33,094 bases of DNA from a virus (IMGVR_UViG_3300022752_000237:1-33094), one strand, 5' to 3'; shown: positions 8,894 to 17,371, counted from the stretch's first letter. Numbers and translations are program-made. The notes: a model not told the origin generated them from the letters alone.

Positions 8894-9651
8894 TAATTAC
8901 TAGCAAATGTACAATATAGTTTATTTCTTGTTTTTATAACTTGCATTATATCTGTGCCACTTGGTATTAAATTTAAAGTTGGATTAATTCCATTAGAAAA
9001 CAAATAGCCGCTATTGAAACTCATATTTCTATTCCCACTAGCATCTTGAGTTAAGAATAAAGTTATAGATTGTCCGTTGTTCATGTTGATTGGTTGATTA
9101 AGAGTTGAATTACCAGTTAATGTATAATCAAAAAATGTGCTAATACTTGCGTCTGGAATAAAGATGAGGCCAGTTGCCCCAGAATATACTGGATAAGTTA
9201 CATTTCCACTTGATATATTTAAATTTCCATTAACAAGTAATTTAGTAGTTCCAGTATTTGGAAGTCCACCTAATCCTAATGAATTTCCAGTTAATACAAA
9301 ATCATTTCTATTAAAAGCTCCCATAACAACAGTATTATCATCAAAAGCTTCTATTATTGGTAATCCAGCTATATCATTAACGCTAAAAAGAGAACCACTA
9401 AGATTATCTGTTACGCTAAATAGTCTACCATTATTACCATCAATTGAAAAACGTTCTACTCCAGAATAATTTACTCCAGATCCAGTGGTATATGAAACTA
9501 TATTAAGTCCTCCAAGATTATCATGACTTAATCTTGCTGAATAAGAAGAGCCTCCAGTAAAATTAACATTAGAAATAAAAGAACTTCCGCCAGCTACTCC
9601 TGTGGCAAATTCTATTAGCCCCGAATTTGGATTGATTAGTATGTTAGACAT
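8890..9651 (-). CDS. Virion fibre/adaptor-type protein
   Basis: G/S/T/N-rich, with a C-terminal 'TLTGN.TL..P.N...GQ..TL.LTQDASG.R' domain common in phage tail proteins. Confidence 0.55.
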   Translation of the reverse strand: MSNILINPNSGLIEFATGVAGGSSFISNVNFTGGSSYSARLSHDNLGGLNIVSYTTGSGVNYSGVERFSIDGNNGRLFSVTDNLSGSLFSVNDIAGLPIIEAFDDNTVVMGAFNRNDFVLTGNSLGLGGLPNTGTTKLLVNGNLNISSGNVTYPVYSGATGLIFIPDASISTFFDYTLTGNSTLNQPINMNNGQSITLFLTQDASGNRNMSFNSGYLFSNGINPTLNLIPSGTDIMQVIKTRNKLYCTFASNY

Positions 9652-9660
9652 TGTATATAA

Positions 9661-9666
9661 TTACAC
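9661..9666 (-). promoter_or_regulatory. GTGTAA putative late-promoter hexamer
   Basis: GTGTAA-TTATATACA-ATG (9 nt), in a 19-nt intergenic gap. Confidence 0.65.
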
Positions 9667-9670
9667 TCCT

Positions 9671-10342
9671 TTATATTCTATAACGCGTTTTTAATGAGTT
9701 ATAATTTTGCAATATTTCCAATGGAGATAGTATTCTATTGTATATTCTAGCTAAATAAATATCTCCTCCAAAATATGTATTGACATCATAAGCTTGAGCT
9801 AGCCAAATTGGATTGTCTGGAATAAAACCATTTAAACCTCCAGATGCCACTAATTGACCATTTACATATATGTAACCAGTATTAATACTTAAATTTAAAA
9901 CCCAAACAACATGATATATAGTATTTGAAACTGCTGTTCCGCCACCAAAATCATTTCCATATTGACCAAAATAGAAAGCATTATTTCTCATTCCTAAGTG
10001 CCATCCTTTTCTTGTTGTTGTACCTTCGCTACCAAATACCATACTATTTCCAGCCGACGCATTGCTAGCACTAAAAACTGCTTCTGCTGTATAACTTGCG
10101 TTATATATGCCAATATTGTTTGCATATATATTTGTTGAGATATATTGATTTGATCCATTAAAAGTTAGTCTACCTTTATTAATAGAACTATATGTTGGAC
10201 TATTGATTAAAGTACCAATGTTAGATTTATTAGATAAATCATTTATTATATTACCTGAGCCTCTATAACTTTTAATACTAGAAAGATCAAAACAAACGAC
10301 TAAATCATTTTGAACTAAATCTGGTCCACCTGATGCGCTCAT
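9671..10342 (-). CDS. LamG/concanavalin A-like lectin domain protein (paralog 3)
   Basis: 'LV..FD.....SY.GSG..I.DLS', 'YHVV', 'IYVNG', 'IYNRILS..EILQNY'. Confidence 0.8.
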   Translation of the reverse strand: MSASGGPDLVQNDLVVCFDLSSIKSYRGSGNIINDLSNKSNIGTLINSPTYSSINKGRLTFNGSNQYISTNIYANNIGIYNASYTAEAVFSASNASAGNSMVFGSEGTTTRKGWHLGMRNNAFYFGQYGNDFGGGTAVSNTIYHVVWVLNLSINTGYIYVNGQLVASGGLNGFIPDNPIWLAQAYDVNTYFGGDIYLARIYNRILSPLEILQNYNSLKTRYRI

Positions 10343-11067
10343 ATTTTATATCTTCCTTTTAAAGCGTTATAATTTTGAAGTACTTCTTGACCTGTTAATG
10401 CTCTGTTATATATCATACTAGAATAAACTCGTATAAGTGGATTTGTATCACTAAATGATTGTTCAGAAAATCCAATTTCAATAAGAGATTGACTATTAAC
10501 AGTTGAAACGTCATTAGTAGCTGCATTTATTAATCTTCCATTGACATATAATTTTAAAACTCCATTATCTGCTGTGCCTGCCACGGTATATATTTTATTG
10601 TAACCTGAAGAATTTGATATTGGTAAATCATATCCTAGCTCTTGATATCCTCCTCCTGTTTGTTGAGCGCTAAAAGTTATATATCCACTTGTAAGTGAAT
10701 TATTTGCACTAAAAAATATCACAAAACCATCATATCCATCATAAGAAGACAATATAAATGGATAATCTAATCCAAAATTAAAAGCATTCGCAGGAGGAAG
10801 ATAAAAAGTGCACATATAAGTAACTTTTCCAGGAATATTTGCAAAGTCTCTATACCATATTGTTTGACTACTCGTAAATCCCATTAATAAACTACCATCA
10901 GATTGAAAATAATTAGAACTAGCGCTAACCGATCTATTTTTACCAGTCAAATCATTTATTAGAGATCCTGGCAATCCTAATGGTCCATTATAACATTTTT
11001 TGCTACTTAGATTAACATAAAAAACCAATCCATCAGTAACTATTTTAGGAGAATGATGAAAGCTCAT
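10339..11067 (-). CDS. LamG/concanavalin A-like lectin domain protein (paralog 2)
   Basis: 'PKIVTDGLVFY', 'LYVNG', 'IYNRALT..EVLQNYNALKGR'. ATGA overlaps at both ends. Confidence 0.8.
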   Translation of the reverse strand: MSFHHSPKIVTDGLVFYVNLSSKKCYNGPLGLPGSLINDLTGKNRSVSASSNYFQSDGSLLMGFTSSQTIWYRDFANIPGKVTYMCTFYLPPANAFNFGLDYPFILSSYDGYDGFVIFFSANNSLTSGYITFSAQQTGGGYQELGYDLPISNSSGYNKIYTVAGTADNGVLKLYVNGRLINAATNDVSTVNSQSLIEIGFSEQSFSDTNPLIRVYSSMIYNRALTGQEVLQNYNALKGRYKI

Positions 11068-11699
11068 AAATTAAACCTTCCTTTTAAAGCATTATAGTTT
11101 TGAAGAATTTCAACTTGCGTTAACACTCTATTGTAAACTTGTAAAAAAGAAAATTGTGCATTACTTACTTCATCAAAAGCGTGTCCTATTTTAATGTTAT
11201 TTGGTCCTTCGGAGCCTCCATTATTACCTATAATAAATTTTCCATTAATATAAAATTCATAATAATCAGTACCAGCTGGATCTCCTGTTCCAGCGTAAAT
11301 TCTCCAATTCTCGTCATTAAAAGTTGAATCTAGTTTAATACTGCCTTCAGCATAATAACTTTGTGTTCCCGCAGCCCAATGTCCTAATAGCCAGTTATTA
11401 TTTCCAGCTGTTATTATTCTTCCTCTCGTTGCTCCGTAATATCTAGCCGCTCCAATTACTGTATATTTACTATTAATTAAATTTAAATTACTAACTATTT
11501 GACTCGTATTAGATGCCGCTATGTTTATAACTCCTCCGAACGTTCTAGAAAAAGTAACATTTGTTATTGTTCCATTATTATTATTTTTAGATAAATCATA
11601 TATTACTGAAGAGCCATTTGTGTAACTTTTGGGATTTGCAGTATCCCAAAGTAGAACCAATCCATCTGTAACTATTTTAGGATTATATCCTACTCCCAT
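11064..11699 (-). CDS. LamG/concanavalin A-like lectin domain protein (paralog 1)
   Basis: 'PKIVTDGLVLLWD', 'FYING', 'VYNRVLT..EILQNYNALKGR'. Confidence 0.8.
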   Translation of the reverse strand: MGVGYNPKIVTDGLVLLWDTANPKSYTNGSSVIYDLSKNNNNGTITNVTFSRTFGGVINIAASNTSQIVSNLNLINSKYTVIGAARYYGATRGRIITAGNNNWLLGHWAAGTQSYYAEGSIKLDSTFNDENWRIYAGTGDPAGTDYYEFYINGKFIIGNNGGSEGPNNIKIGHAFDEVSNAQFSFLQVYNRVLTQVEILQNYNALKGRFNL

Positions 11700-11700
11700 G

Positions 11701-12984
11701 TTAAAACTCCACGGTTAATTTAGGAATATCTTTTCTTTCTCCGTATACTGTATAAAAATAATCATTTCCATTATTGCCATCTATAATTACTCTTCTATTA
11801 TTATATTCAACAACATAAATATTAGAGAATACATCAATTGGCGTTAAGTTAACTGAAATACTATTCTCATCAACTAAAGATGCCCAGTAATTTGGAAGAT
11901 TTATAGTTGTATCACTAGTTTTTCCTCTTACAAAAACTCCGTGTTCTGGACCTTCTAAACTGCCGTATTGAAGTTTTTTGCCAAGTTGAGTTGGATGATC
12001 TATTAAGAATGATTTGGAAGATGCAGAAAGGTGACCAGTAATTGTAACGTTACCAGTAATTGTAACGTTACCAGTAGTTGTAATATTACCAGTAATATTA
12101 ACAGGATCAAAAATATTTAAAACTCCAGAAGCATTAATATTAATATTTGCGCCAGTTAAAATTACATCTCTTAATATACCAGAATTTGTTTGCTGCGCTC
12201 CAATAGTTAATTGATTATTATTCCAACCAAAAATTCCAAATTCACCAGTATTGGTTCCTGTTTTATTAAAGACTCTTAAATTCTGGGGATTACCGCTATT
12301 AATTATATCTATGCCAGTTGCAAAAGTTTTAACTCCAGAGATAGTTTGGTTACCAGTATTGAGAACAACTTCATCTAATAAGGCTACTGGTCTACTAGAA
12401 AAAGGATTTAATGTTCGTACTTCTGGCCTTTTATCACGAAAGAAATAATCAGGGGAATTAAAAACTAAACCATCCGAACCAGGACCAAAAGTTATTGATG
12501 TGTTATAAATGCCACCAGCTGCAATTAATTTGAGGGTTCGTAAACTACTTTGATATCCACTTACGATAAGAGTATTATCTGAATCTGTAAAAATAGCGTT
12601 TTCTTGTTCAGCATCACCTATTCGTATTTTATTTTTAAATATTTTATCTCCAGAGATAGTTTGGTTTCCAGTATTGTAAACTAAATTAGGAGCAAATATT
12701 CCCGTAGCGAAAGTTTTAACTCCGCTAACAGTTTGAGCGCCAGTAGTTCTTACAGTTGAACTAAGATCTACTTCGCCACTTAATAAAACTCCTGTGCCAT
12801 TTACAGTTGGACGATTTGTTAAAGCAACTACTCCACTTGTTATAGTTATATCTACTCCAGAAAGACTTAAATTATCAATGTTATTTAACTCAAGACCGTT
12901 AAAAATACCCGTGCCAGCAATTAATTCTTTATAAAAAATGCCACTATTTGATATTAACGTCTTAGCCTTAAATCTTTGTGCCAT
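11701..12984 (-). CDS. Tail-fibre-like protein
   Basis: Three 'V..TG.QT(I/V)SG.K.F' fibre repeats and a C-terminal 'KSFLIDHP...K.L.YGSLEGPE.GV..RG' domain seen in phage fibres. Confidence 0.65.
   Translation of the reverse strand: MAQRFKAKTLISNSGIFYKELIAGTGIFNGLELNNIDNLSLSGVDITITSGVVALTNRPTVNGTGVLLSGEVDLSSTVRTTGAQTVSGVKTFATGIFAPNLVYNTGNQTISGDKIFKNKIRIGDAEQENAIFTDSDNTLIVSGYQSSLRTLKLIAAGGIYNTSITFGPGSDGLVFNSPDYFFRDKRPEVRTLNPFSSRPVALLDEVVLNTGNQTISGVKTFATGIDIINSGNPQNLRVFNKTGTNTGEFGIFGWNNNQLTIGAQQTNSGILRDVILTGANININASGVLNIFDPVNITGNITTTGNVTITGNVTITGHLSASSKSFLIDHPTQLGKKLQYGSLEGPEHGVFVRGKTSDTTINLPNYWASLVDENSISVNLTPIDVFSNIYVVEYNNRRVIIDGNNGNDYFYTVYGERKDIPKLTVEF
12034..12099. repeat. 18-bp tandem repeat encoding NVTITG-type units
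   Basis: accagtaattgtaacgtt occurs twice exactly (12034-12069), followed by two degenerate copies. Confidence 0.9.
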
Positions 12985-12994
12985 ATATTTTGTT

Positions 12995-13040
12995 GTTATT
13001 AGTTTGCACTAAATTGCTGCTTTTAAGGCAGACTAACAAC
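12995..13040 (-). promoter_or_regulatory. Structured 5' leader (13-bp imperfect stem, 20-nt loop) of the fibre/LamG operon
   Basis: GUUGUUAGUCUGC pairs with GCAAACUAAUAAC (11 Watson-Crick, 1 GU, 1 mismatch). It lies between GTGTAA and the ATG. Confidence 0.55.
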
Positions 13041-13045
13041 CGATA

Positions 13046-13051
13046 TTACAC
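13046..13051 (-). promoter_or_regulatory. GTGTAA putative late-promoter hexamer
   Basis: 4 nt after the stop of 13056..13394 and 61 nt before the ATG at 12984. Confidence 0.6.
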
Positions 13052-13055
13052 AAAA

Positions 13056-13394
13056 TTAGCGGCCTTCTGCTAGAATATCTTTTGTGGTTTTACTCAACTT
13101 AATATCGTTTTTTGTTTTTGGAGCTGGCTTATAAAGAGAAACATGTTTATTAAATTCTCTCTCTAATCTTTTAACTAGAGTTTCTCTGTTATCTATAGGA
13201 ATAAGGCCCACTTTGATTGCATGAGCTTGAAGATCGCTTTTAGTCAATTCTTTTAAATATTTTTGATACTCTGCAAACACTAATGTTCCATACTTACCTT
13301 GTCCAGAATCTCCCCATACTTGATCTAATGTTCTTGGACTTTCTACTTGTGCGTGAGTTTGAATTAATGAATCTAATTTATTCTTTTTTGACAT
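13056..13394 (-). CDS. Hypothetical basic helical protein (112 aa)
   Basis: Strong AGGAG SD and its own sigma70-like promoter. No family recognised. Confidence 0.75.
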   Translation of the reverse strand: MSKKNKLDSLIQTHAQVESPRTLDQVWGDSGQGKYGTLVFAEYQKYLKELTKSDLQAHAIKVGLIPIDNRETLVKRLEREFNKHVSLYKPAPKTKNDIKLSKTTKDILAEGR

Positions 13395-13411
13395 ATTTTC
13401 TCCTATACTAT

Positions 13412-13440
13412 ATTGTATAGATTAAAGTTAGAAATGTCTA
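13412..13440 (-). promoter_or_regulatory. Host sigma70-like promoter TAGACA-N17-TACAAT
   Basis: 5/6 match at both boxes, exact 17-nt spacer, T-tract upstream and SD downstream. Confidence 0.65.
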
Positions 13441-13442
13441 AT

Positions 13443-13480
13443 AAAAAAAAGAAGCCCACAGGGATTATCCTGTGGGCCTC
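13443..13480 (-). terminator. Intrinsic terminator of the capsid operon
   Basis: GAGGCCCACAGG-AUAAUC-CCUGUGGGCUUC followed by U8, 22 nt after the MCP stop. Confidence 0.92.
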
Positions 13481-13502
13481 TTAATATTAATCTAAAGATT
13501 AA

Positions 13503-14582
13503 TTAGCTACGTTTGATAGCGATACCAGCAATAGAGCGAGAATCGATACAAACGCGACCTTCTTCGAGAGAACCGTAGAATCCGATTTTCTCAGAACGGG
13601 CAACGAATTGATCGTCTGGCATTGCTGTGAATGTGCTTCCACTATCAGCGTTACGAGCGATTGGACGAACGAATGCATCTTTGGTCAAATCAAGACCAAT
13701 AACGATATCACCAGTTGCACCTGAGAAGGTACTACTGTAGAATGCGTCAAAGAGTTGATTGTACTTTTGATTTGGTCCGAGCTCAATTAGTTCATGGAGA
13801 CTGATTCCATAAATCTCTTGAGTTCCACCGCCGCGATAAATTTCTTCACGAACTCCAGCTGGAAGATCTGTAGTACCTGCATCTGTTGAAGAAGAGGTAA
13901 CATTTCCACCTACTGGATTGTAAGCAAATGCGCGAATATCTTGCATTGTCTCTGGACTAATGAAAAGATCAGTTAGACCATAAGAGCTGGTTGTGCTGCC
14001 ACCAGAATATGATTTATTGATTCTTTTTACGTTCTTGACCAAAGTATTCAATTTAGCAAGAGTAAAGGTTTCTGTACCACTAGCAGCTTGAGCTACAGTG
14101 TTGCCACTGTCGGCCAAAGCTTTTAGTACTACTGCCCAAGCATTACGTTCTTGTTTGATAAGAACTTCGTTGGTCATTCTCTCGATTGCTTTTGAAGCAA
14201 CATCAAGACGACCACGACGGGCATAACGTTTTAGGAAAGAGACTGCGCTATCTAGACGATAGGTAGAAACTTTCAATTCAGATAGACCTTCAACTGTTGA
14301 AGTTGGAAGACCACCTGCTACATTTTGACTCCAAACGGAGACTAGACCTTCACCTTCGCCTTGGAATAGATCAAGAGGGATAGAAGGACTATCATCTTCA
14401 TCATAGGCTAGGTCAGTGTAGACTGCGCTAGAGGTTGCAGCTTCCATTAGGACTTTGTTTACAACTGGTCCGATAAAAGCAGCAAAAGCTTCTTGAGCTT
14501 CTCTTGCAACGGAACCTTCACGGCTAGCCATTGCTTTGATTAGCTCTACTTGCTCTGGGGTATTTTTTAATTTTAATTTCAT
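13503..14582 (-). CDS. Major capsid protein (HK97 fold expected)
   Basis: 359 aa, directly after the protease/scaffold and decoration genes, with a strong SD and a terminator after it. 'LTDLFISPE' and C-terminal 'GFYG..E.G....D.R.I' patterns. Confidence 0.8.
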   Translation of the reverse strand: MKLKLKNTPEQVELIKAMASREGSVAREAQEAFAAFIGPVVNKVLMEAATSSAVYTDLAYDEDDSPSIPLDLFQGEGEGLVSVWSQNVAGGLPTSTVEGLSELKVSTYRLDSAVSFLKRYARRGRLDVASKAIERMTNEVLIKQERNAWAVVLKALADSGNTVAQAASGTETFTLAKLNTLVKNVKRINKSYSGGSTTSSYGLTDLFISPETMQDIRAFAYNPVGGNVTSSSTDAGTTDLPAGVREEIYRGGGTQEIYGISLHELIELGPNQKYNQLFDAFYSSTFSGATGDIVIGLDLTKDAFVRPIARNADSGSTFTAMPDDQFVARSEKIGFYGSLEEGRVCIDSRSIAGIAIKRS

Positions 14583-14605
14583 TTTGAATATTCTCCTTTT
14601 AAGAA

Positions 14606-15178
14606 TTAGAGCTCAATTTTGAGAAGAGCGATTCCTGCGGAATCATTAGCGCTCAACCATTTGCCAACTTTAGTAGTAGCAGCTGGAAGTGAAGCAGCAC
14701 CTGCTAGCTCACCAGCAGTACCACTAACGAAAGCAAAGTTTCCAACAGCTACGCCTTGTGTTGCGCCACTATAGGTTACCAAACCTTTTGTTAGAACTGG
14801 AACTGCTTGTCCACTGATTACAACGCCCATTTCGGCTGCTTTTTGAGGTTTGTAAACTAGTTTTTCACCGTTTTCATCTAACTCGCGAACATCCATAAGG
14901 GTTAATCCTAGAACTGCATCGCCAGAAGCGGCAATTTGGATTTTAGGTGCAACGCCATATCTTTGTGATACTACGTTTTGGTATGAAGCACCAACATCAC
15001 CGAGTAACTCTACTGGATTGTATCCAGATTGATTATTCCATCCGACAGCGACCTTAACGGCTACGCCTTTAGTTGCAACAATGCCAGCTGCGGCATTTTC
15101 TTGTGCACCACTAAAAGCAAATAGATTTATAACGTCATTTTCGCTATATTGTCTAAATGGTCTTAAATTATGTGCCAT
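14606..15178 (-). CDS. Capsid decoration/cement protein
   Basis: A/G/V-rich 190 aa between scaffold and MCP, with a 'SGQAVPVLTKG' beta-tulip-like pattern and a strong SD. Confidence 0.65.
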   Translation of the reverse strand: MAHNLRPFRQYSENDVINLFAFSGAQENAAAGIVATKGVAVKVAVGWNNQSGYNPVELLGDVGASYQNVVSQRYGVAPKIQIAASGDAVLGLTLMDVRELDENGEKLVYKPQKAAEMGVVISGQAVPVLTKGLVTYSGATQGVAVGNFAFVSGTAGELAGAASLPAATTKVGKWLSANDSAGIALLKIEL

Positions 15179-15192
15179 ATATATTTTCTCCT

Positions 15193-15852
15193 TTATTTAT
15201 TAACAATTTCAAATCCACTCATATCGAAAGCTTTAGCATATTTTTCACGTATGGTTGGCTCTGCGACTGGGGCTGAATTTGGAATTTCGACTGAAGCTTT
15301 TGATCCATTATCAACAGCTTGTTCAACAACCTCCTGGGTTGTAGAAATTTGTGCTACCTCTTCTGAAGCTTTAACTTCTTCTGAAGCTTTCATTTTTTGT
15401 TCTTTTTCTATTTTAGCTTTTTTGGCTTCTTTGTTCTTATCTTTCATCATGATAGCCATTTTATTTTTATAAGCAGAGAAAGATTCATCATTCATATCTT
15501 TAATATCTGCTGCTAAAACTTTACGCTCGTCATCATTTAATTCGTATTCTTCATCAAATGAGGCCATGCGCATGTTGAAAGCTTCTTCTTGAGCTTTAGC
15601 GATTTTTTCAGCTTCTAGTGAAGCTAATTTTTGGGTAAGTTCTTCGAGTTGTTTTTTTACAACTTCTTGTTCAGAAGCAAGAACTGCTGCTTTTTCATTA
15701 GCAGCTTTAAGTTCATTCTCTTTTTCTGATTTTTCGACTAAGAATTGATCGTTAGCCTTTTTAATTTCTTCTGCTACAAATTCGGTAATAGAACTAGCTG
15801 TTACCTCTTTAAGCAGTGCATCTGTAATATCTTCAATTTTGGTTATTTTCAT
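15193..15852 (-). CDS. Nested in-frame scaffold protein (219 aa, MKITKIEDIT...)
   Basis: AAAAAGGAGAGGATATAT-ATG inside the protease gene, at the linker/coiled-coil boundary. Confidence 0.7.
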   Translation of the reverse strand: MKITKIEDITDALLKEVTASSITEFVAEEIKKANDQFLVEKSEKENELKAANEKAAVLASEQEVVKKQLEELTQKLASLEAEKIAKAQEEAFNMRMASFDEEYELNDDERKVLAADIKDMNDESFSAYKNKMAIMMKDKNKEAKKAKIEKEQKMKASEEVKASEEVAQISTTQEVVEQAVDNGSKASVEIPNSAPVAEPTIREKYAKAFDMSGFEIVNK

Positions 15853-16734
15853 ATATATCCTCTCCTTTTTTACATTTAAAGTGTCTTCTTGGGAAATATT
15901 ATTTTCTGAAGCATTATCCTCTAAGGGTAATTCTTCAATTTTTTGATCCTCTGAACTTTGATTTTCATTGATTTTTAATTCAACTGGACCTTCAGTTTGT
16001 ACGGCTACACCCTGCACATCGGCGGCTGGGTTTAGGGTTAATCCTATGCCTAGAGGAACTACTTTACCAAGAACTTGTCTGTAAATTGATTTATTATTAT
16101 CTAATTTTCCTGTACCACCATTAGATCTTAATTTGCCGCTATATTTTTCAATTTCTTTAGCATCAGATATAACTTCAGCATTTTCAATATTCTTTTCGCC
16201 ATTATCTAATACTACTAAATTATAATCATTAAATCCTAATTCCCAACTAGCACTAATACTCATATAATTTTCACTAGTAGGATCGTTGCTTTCTTCTATT
16301 TGTTCTGCTAAATCTTTATTAACAACTTTCCATATAACTCCACCAAGAGTAATATTAAATGGAGCTTTCATATCTTTAACATCTAATTCGGCTAGACTCT
16401 CATTTGAGCCAAACTTACTAAAATTAGCAGATACAATACATCCAATAACTTGAGTACGATTATGTTCAATATTAATTGGTTTATTAACAAAATTCTTTGT
16501 TACTTTAGCTGCTGTAGCTCCATCCATAACATCACCATTTTTATTAACACGATTTACTACGCAAGCATCAAAAGCAATAGGAAGAAGATCAACGTTATCC
16601 TCTGTATTAATATCTGGTAAAAATTTTCTTAGTTTATTAATAGAGGCAAGAGATAGATATTTATCTTTCTCTTCGCTTACTACTGGGCGAATTTTAATAT
16701 TTGCGAAAATTGATTCAAATTTATGTTTTTTCAT
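15193..16734 (-). CDS. Prohead protease fused to a coiled-coil scaffold
   Basis: N-terminal 'VNKNGD...FVNKPINIEH', 'SASWE' and 'GIGLT.NPAAD' are HK97/herpes-type protease-like. An acidic linker leads to an E/K/A-rich coiled coil. Confidence 0.75.
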   Translation of the reverse strand: MKKHKFESIFANIKIRPVVSEEKDKYLSLASINKLRKFLPDINTEDNVDLLPIAFDACVVNRVNKNGDVMDGATAAKVTKNFVNKPINIEHNRTQVIGCIVSANFSKFGSNESLAELDVKDMKAPFNITLGGVIWKVVNKDLAEQIEESNDPTSENYMSISASWELGFNDYNLVVLDNGEKNIENAEVISDAKEIEKYSGKLRSNGGTGKLDNNKSIYRQVLGKVVPLGIGLTLNPAADVQGVAVQTEGPVELKINENQSSEDQKIEELPLEDNASENNISQEDTLNVKKERIYMKITKIEDITDALLKEVTASSITEFVAEEIKKANDQFLVEKSEKENELKAANEKAAVLASEQEVVKKQLEELTQKLASLEAEKIAKAQEEAFNMRMASFDEEYELNDDERKVLAADIKDMNDESFSAYKNKMAIMMKDKNKEAKKAKIEKEQKMKASEEVKASEEVAQISTTQEVVEQAVDNGSKASVEIPNSAPVAEPTIREKYAKAFDMSGFEIVNK

Positions 16735-16736
16735 AA

Positions 16737-17324
16737 TTATATATTCTCCAAACCGTATATTACACGATCTTCTTCATCATCAAGATATAGTTCATTAATA
16801 TCATTAAATTCAAAATCATTTAAATCATAATTTTTTAAATCTTCTTCTGCTTGAGCAAAATCTTCATCGTCTGGTTCAAAATTAGCTTCTACTTCATAGT
16901 TAGAAACCGAGGCTCTTGCAATATCACTATCAGCTTTTTTATAAGAGTCTTTTACTTTGCCACCGCGTACCATTTTTAGAAACATGTTAACGCGTGCCAT
17001 AGCCCAGCCACCTCGACTCATTCCTGGCCTATGAGAAGAAGAAAATGCACCTGCGCCACGACGATATACTTTTTTTAATTGGCCAAGAGTTACTTTTTTC
17101 TTGTTTTTACTATTGTGTTCTTTTACTTTATTTTTAAGAGCTTCAATTACTTTTTTAGAAAATTCAATTGCCTTATCGCTTTTTGTTCCAGCACTTCCTG
17201 GTTTATTGCGAGAAGAACCTTTTCTTTTTTCGCCTGGTTTTGCTGGGGTTTGAGCGCCTGATTTTGGACCTCTACGAGCAGCCTCAATTTGTTCAAAGCC
17301 GTAGTTTTCAGAATTATAATTCAT
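16737..17324 (-). CDS. DUF5824-like protein with a basic N-terminal half and an acidic tail
   Basis: Motif 'LKKVYRRGAGAF...HRPG.....WAMARVNMF', recognised from memory as the viral DUF5824 signature. Confidence 0.6.
   Translation of the reverse strand: MNYNSENYGFEQIEAARRGPKSGAQTPAKPGEKRKGSSRNKPGSAGTKSDKAIEFSKKVIEALKNKVKEHNSKNKKKVTLGQLKKVYRRGAGAFSSSHRPGMSRGGWAMARVNMFLKMVRGGKVKDSYKKADSDIARASVSNYEVEANFEPDDEDFAQAEEDLKNYDLNDFEFNDINELYLDDEEDRVIYGLENI
16760..16765 (-). promoter_or_regulatory. GTGTAA hexamer embedded in the upstream CDS, serving the protease-decoration-MCP operon
   Basis: GTGTAA, then 25 nt containing a GGAG SD, then the ATG at 16734. Confidence 0.55.
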
Positions 17325-17371
17325 CCTAAATATAAATACACTTAAATTTTTAATTTATGGTGTAAATTTAG
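17325..17371. promoter_or_regulatory. Back-to-back divergent late-promoter pair
   Basis: Minus strand: AATTTAA-GTGTAT-TTATATTTAGG-ATG (hexamer 17341-17336). Plus strand: AATTTATG-GTGTAA-ATTTAG-ATG (17360-17365). Confidence 0.65.

Noticed and set aside
11620-11625. GTGTAA on the plus strand inside a LamG gene
   Set aside because: Antisense, intragenic, followed by C and with no downstream gene. It shows the hexamer also occurs by chance.
12034-12099. CRISPR-like array
   Set aside because: Contiguous in-frame 18-bp coding repeats with no spacers.
2240-12676. Diversity-generating retroelement TR/VR pairs among the repeated segments
   Set aside because: Mismatches between copies are not restricted to adenines, all copies are coding, and no reverse transcriptase is present.
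17331-17338. TATAAATA, the T4 late-promoter consensus
   Set aside because: Seen at this one junction in very AT-rich DNA and overlapping the reverse GTGTAT motif. Not seen before the other late genes.
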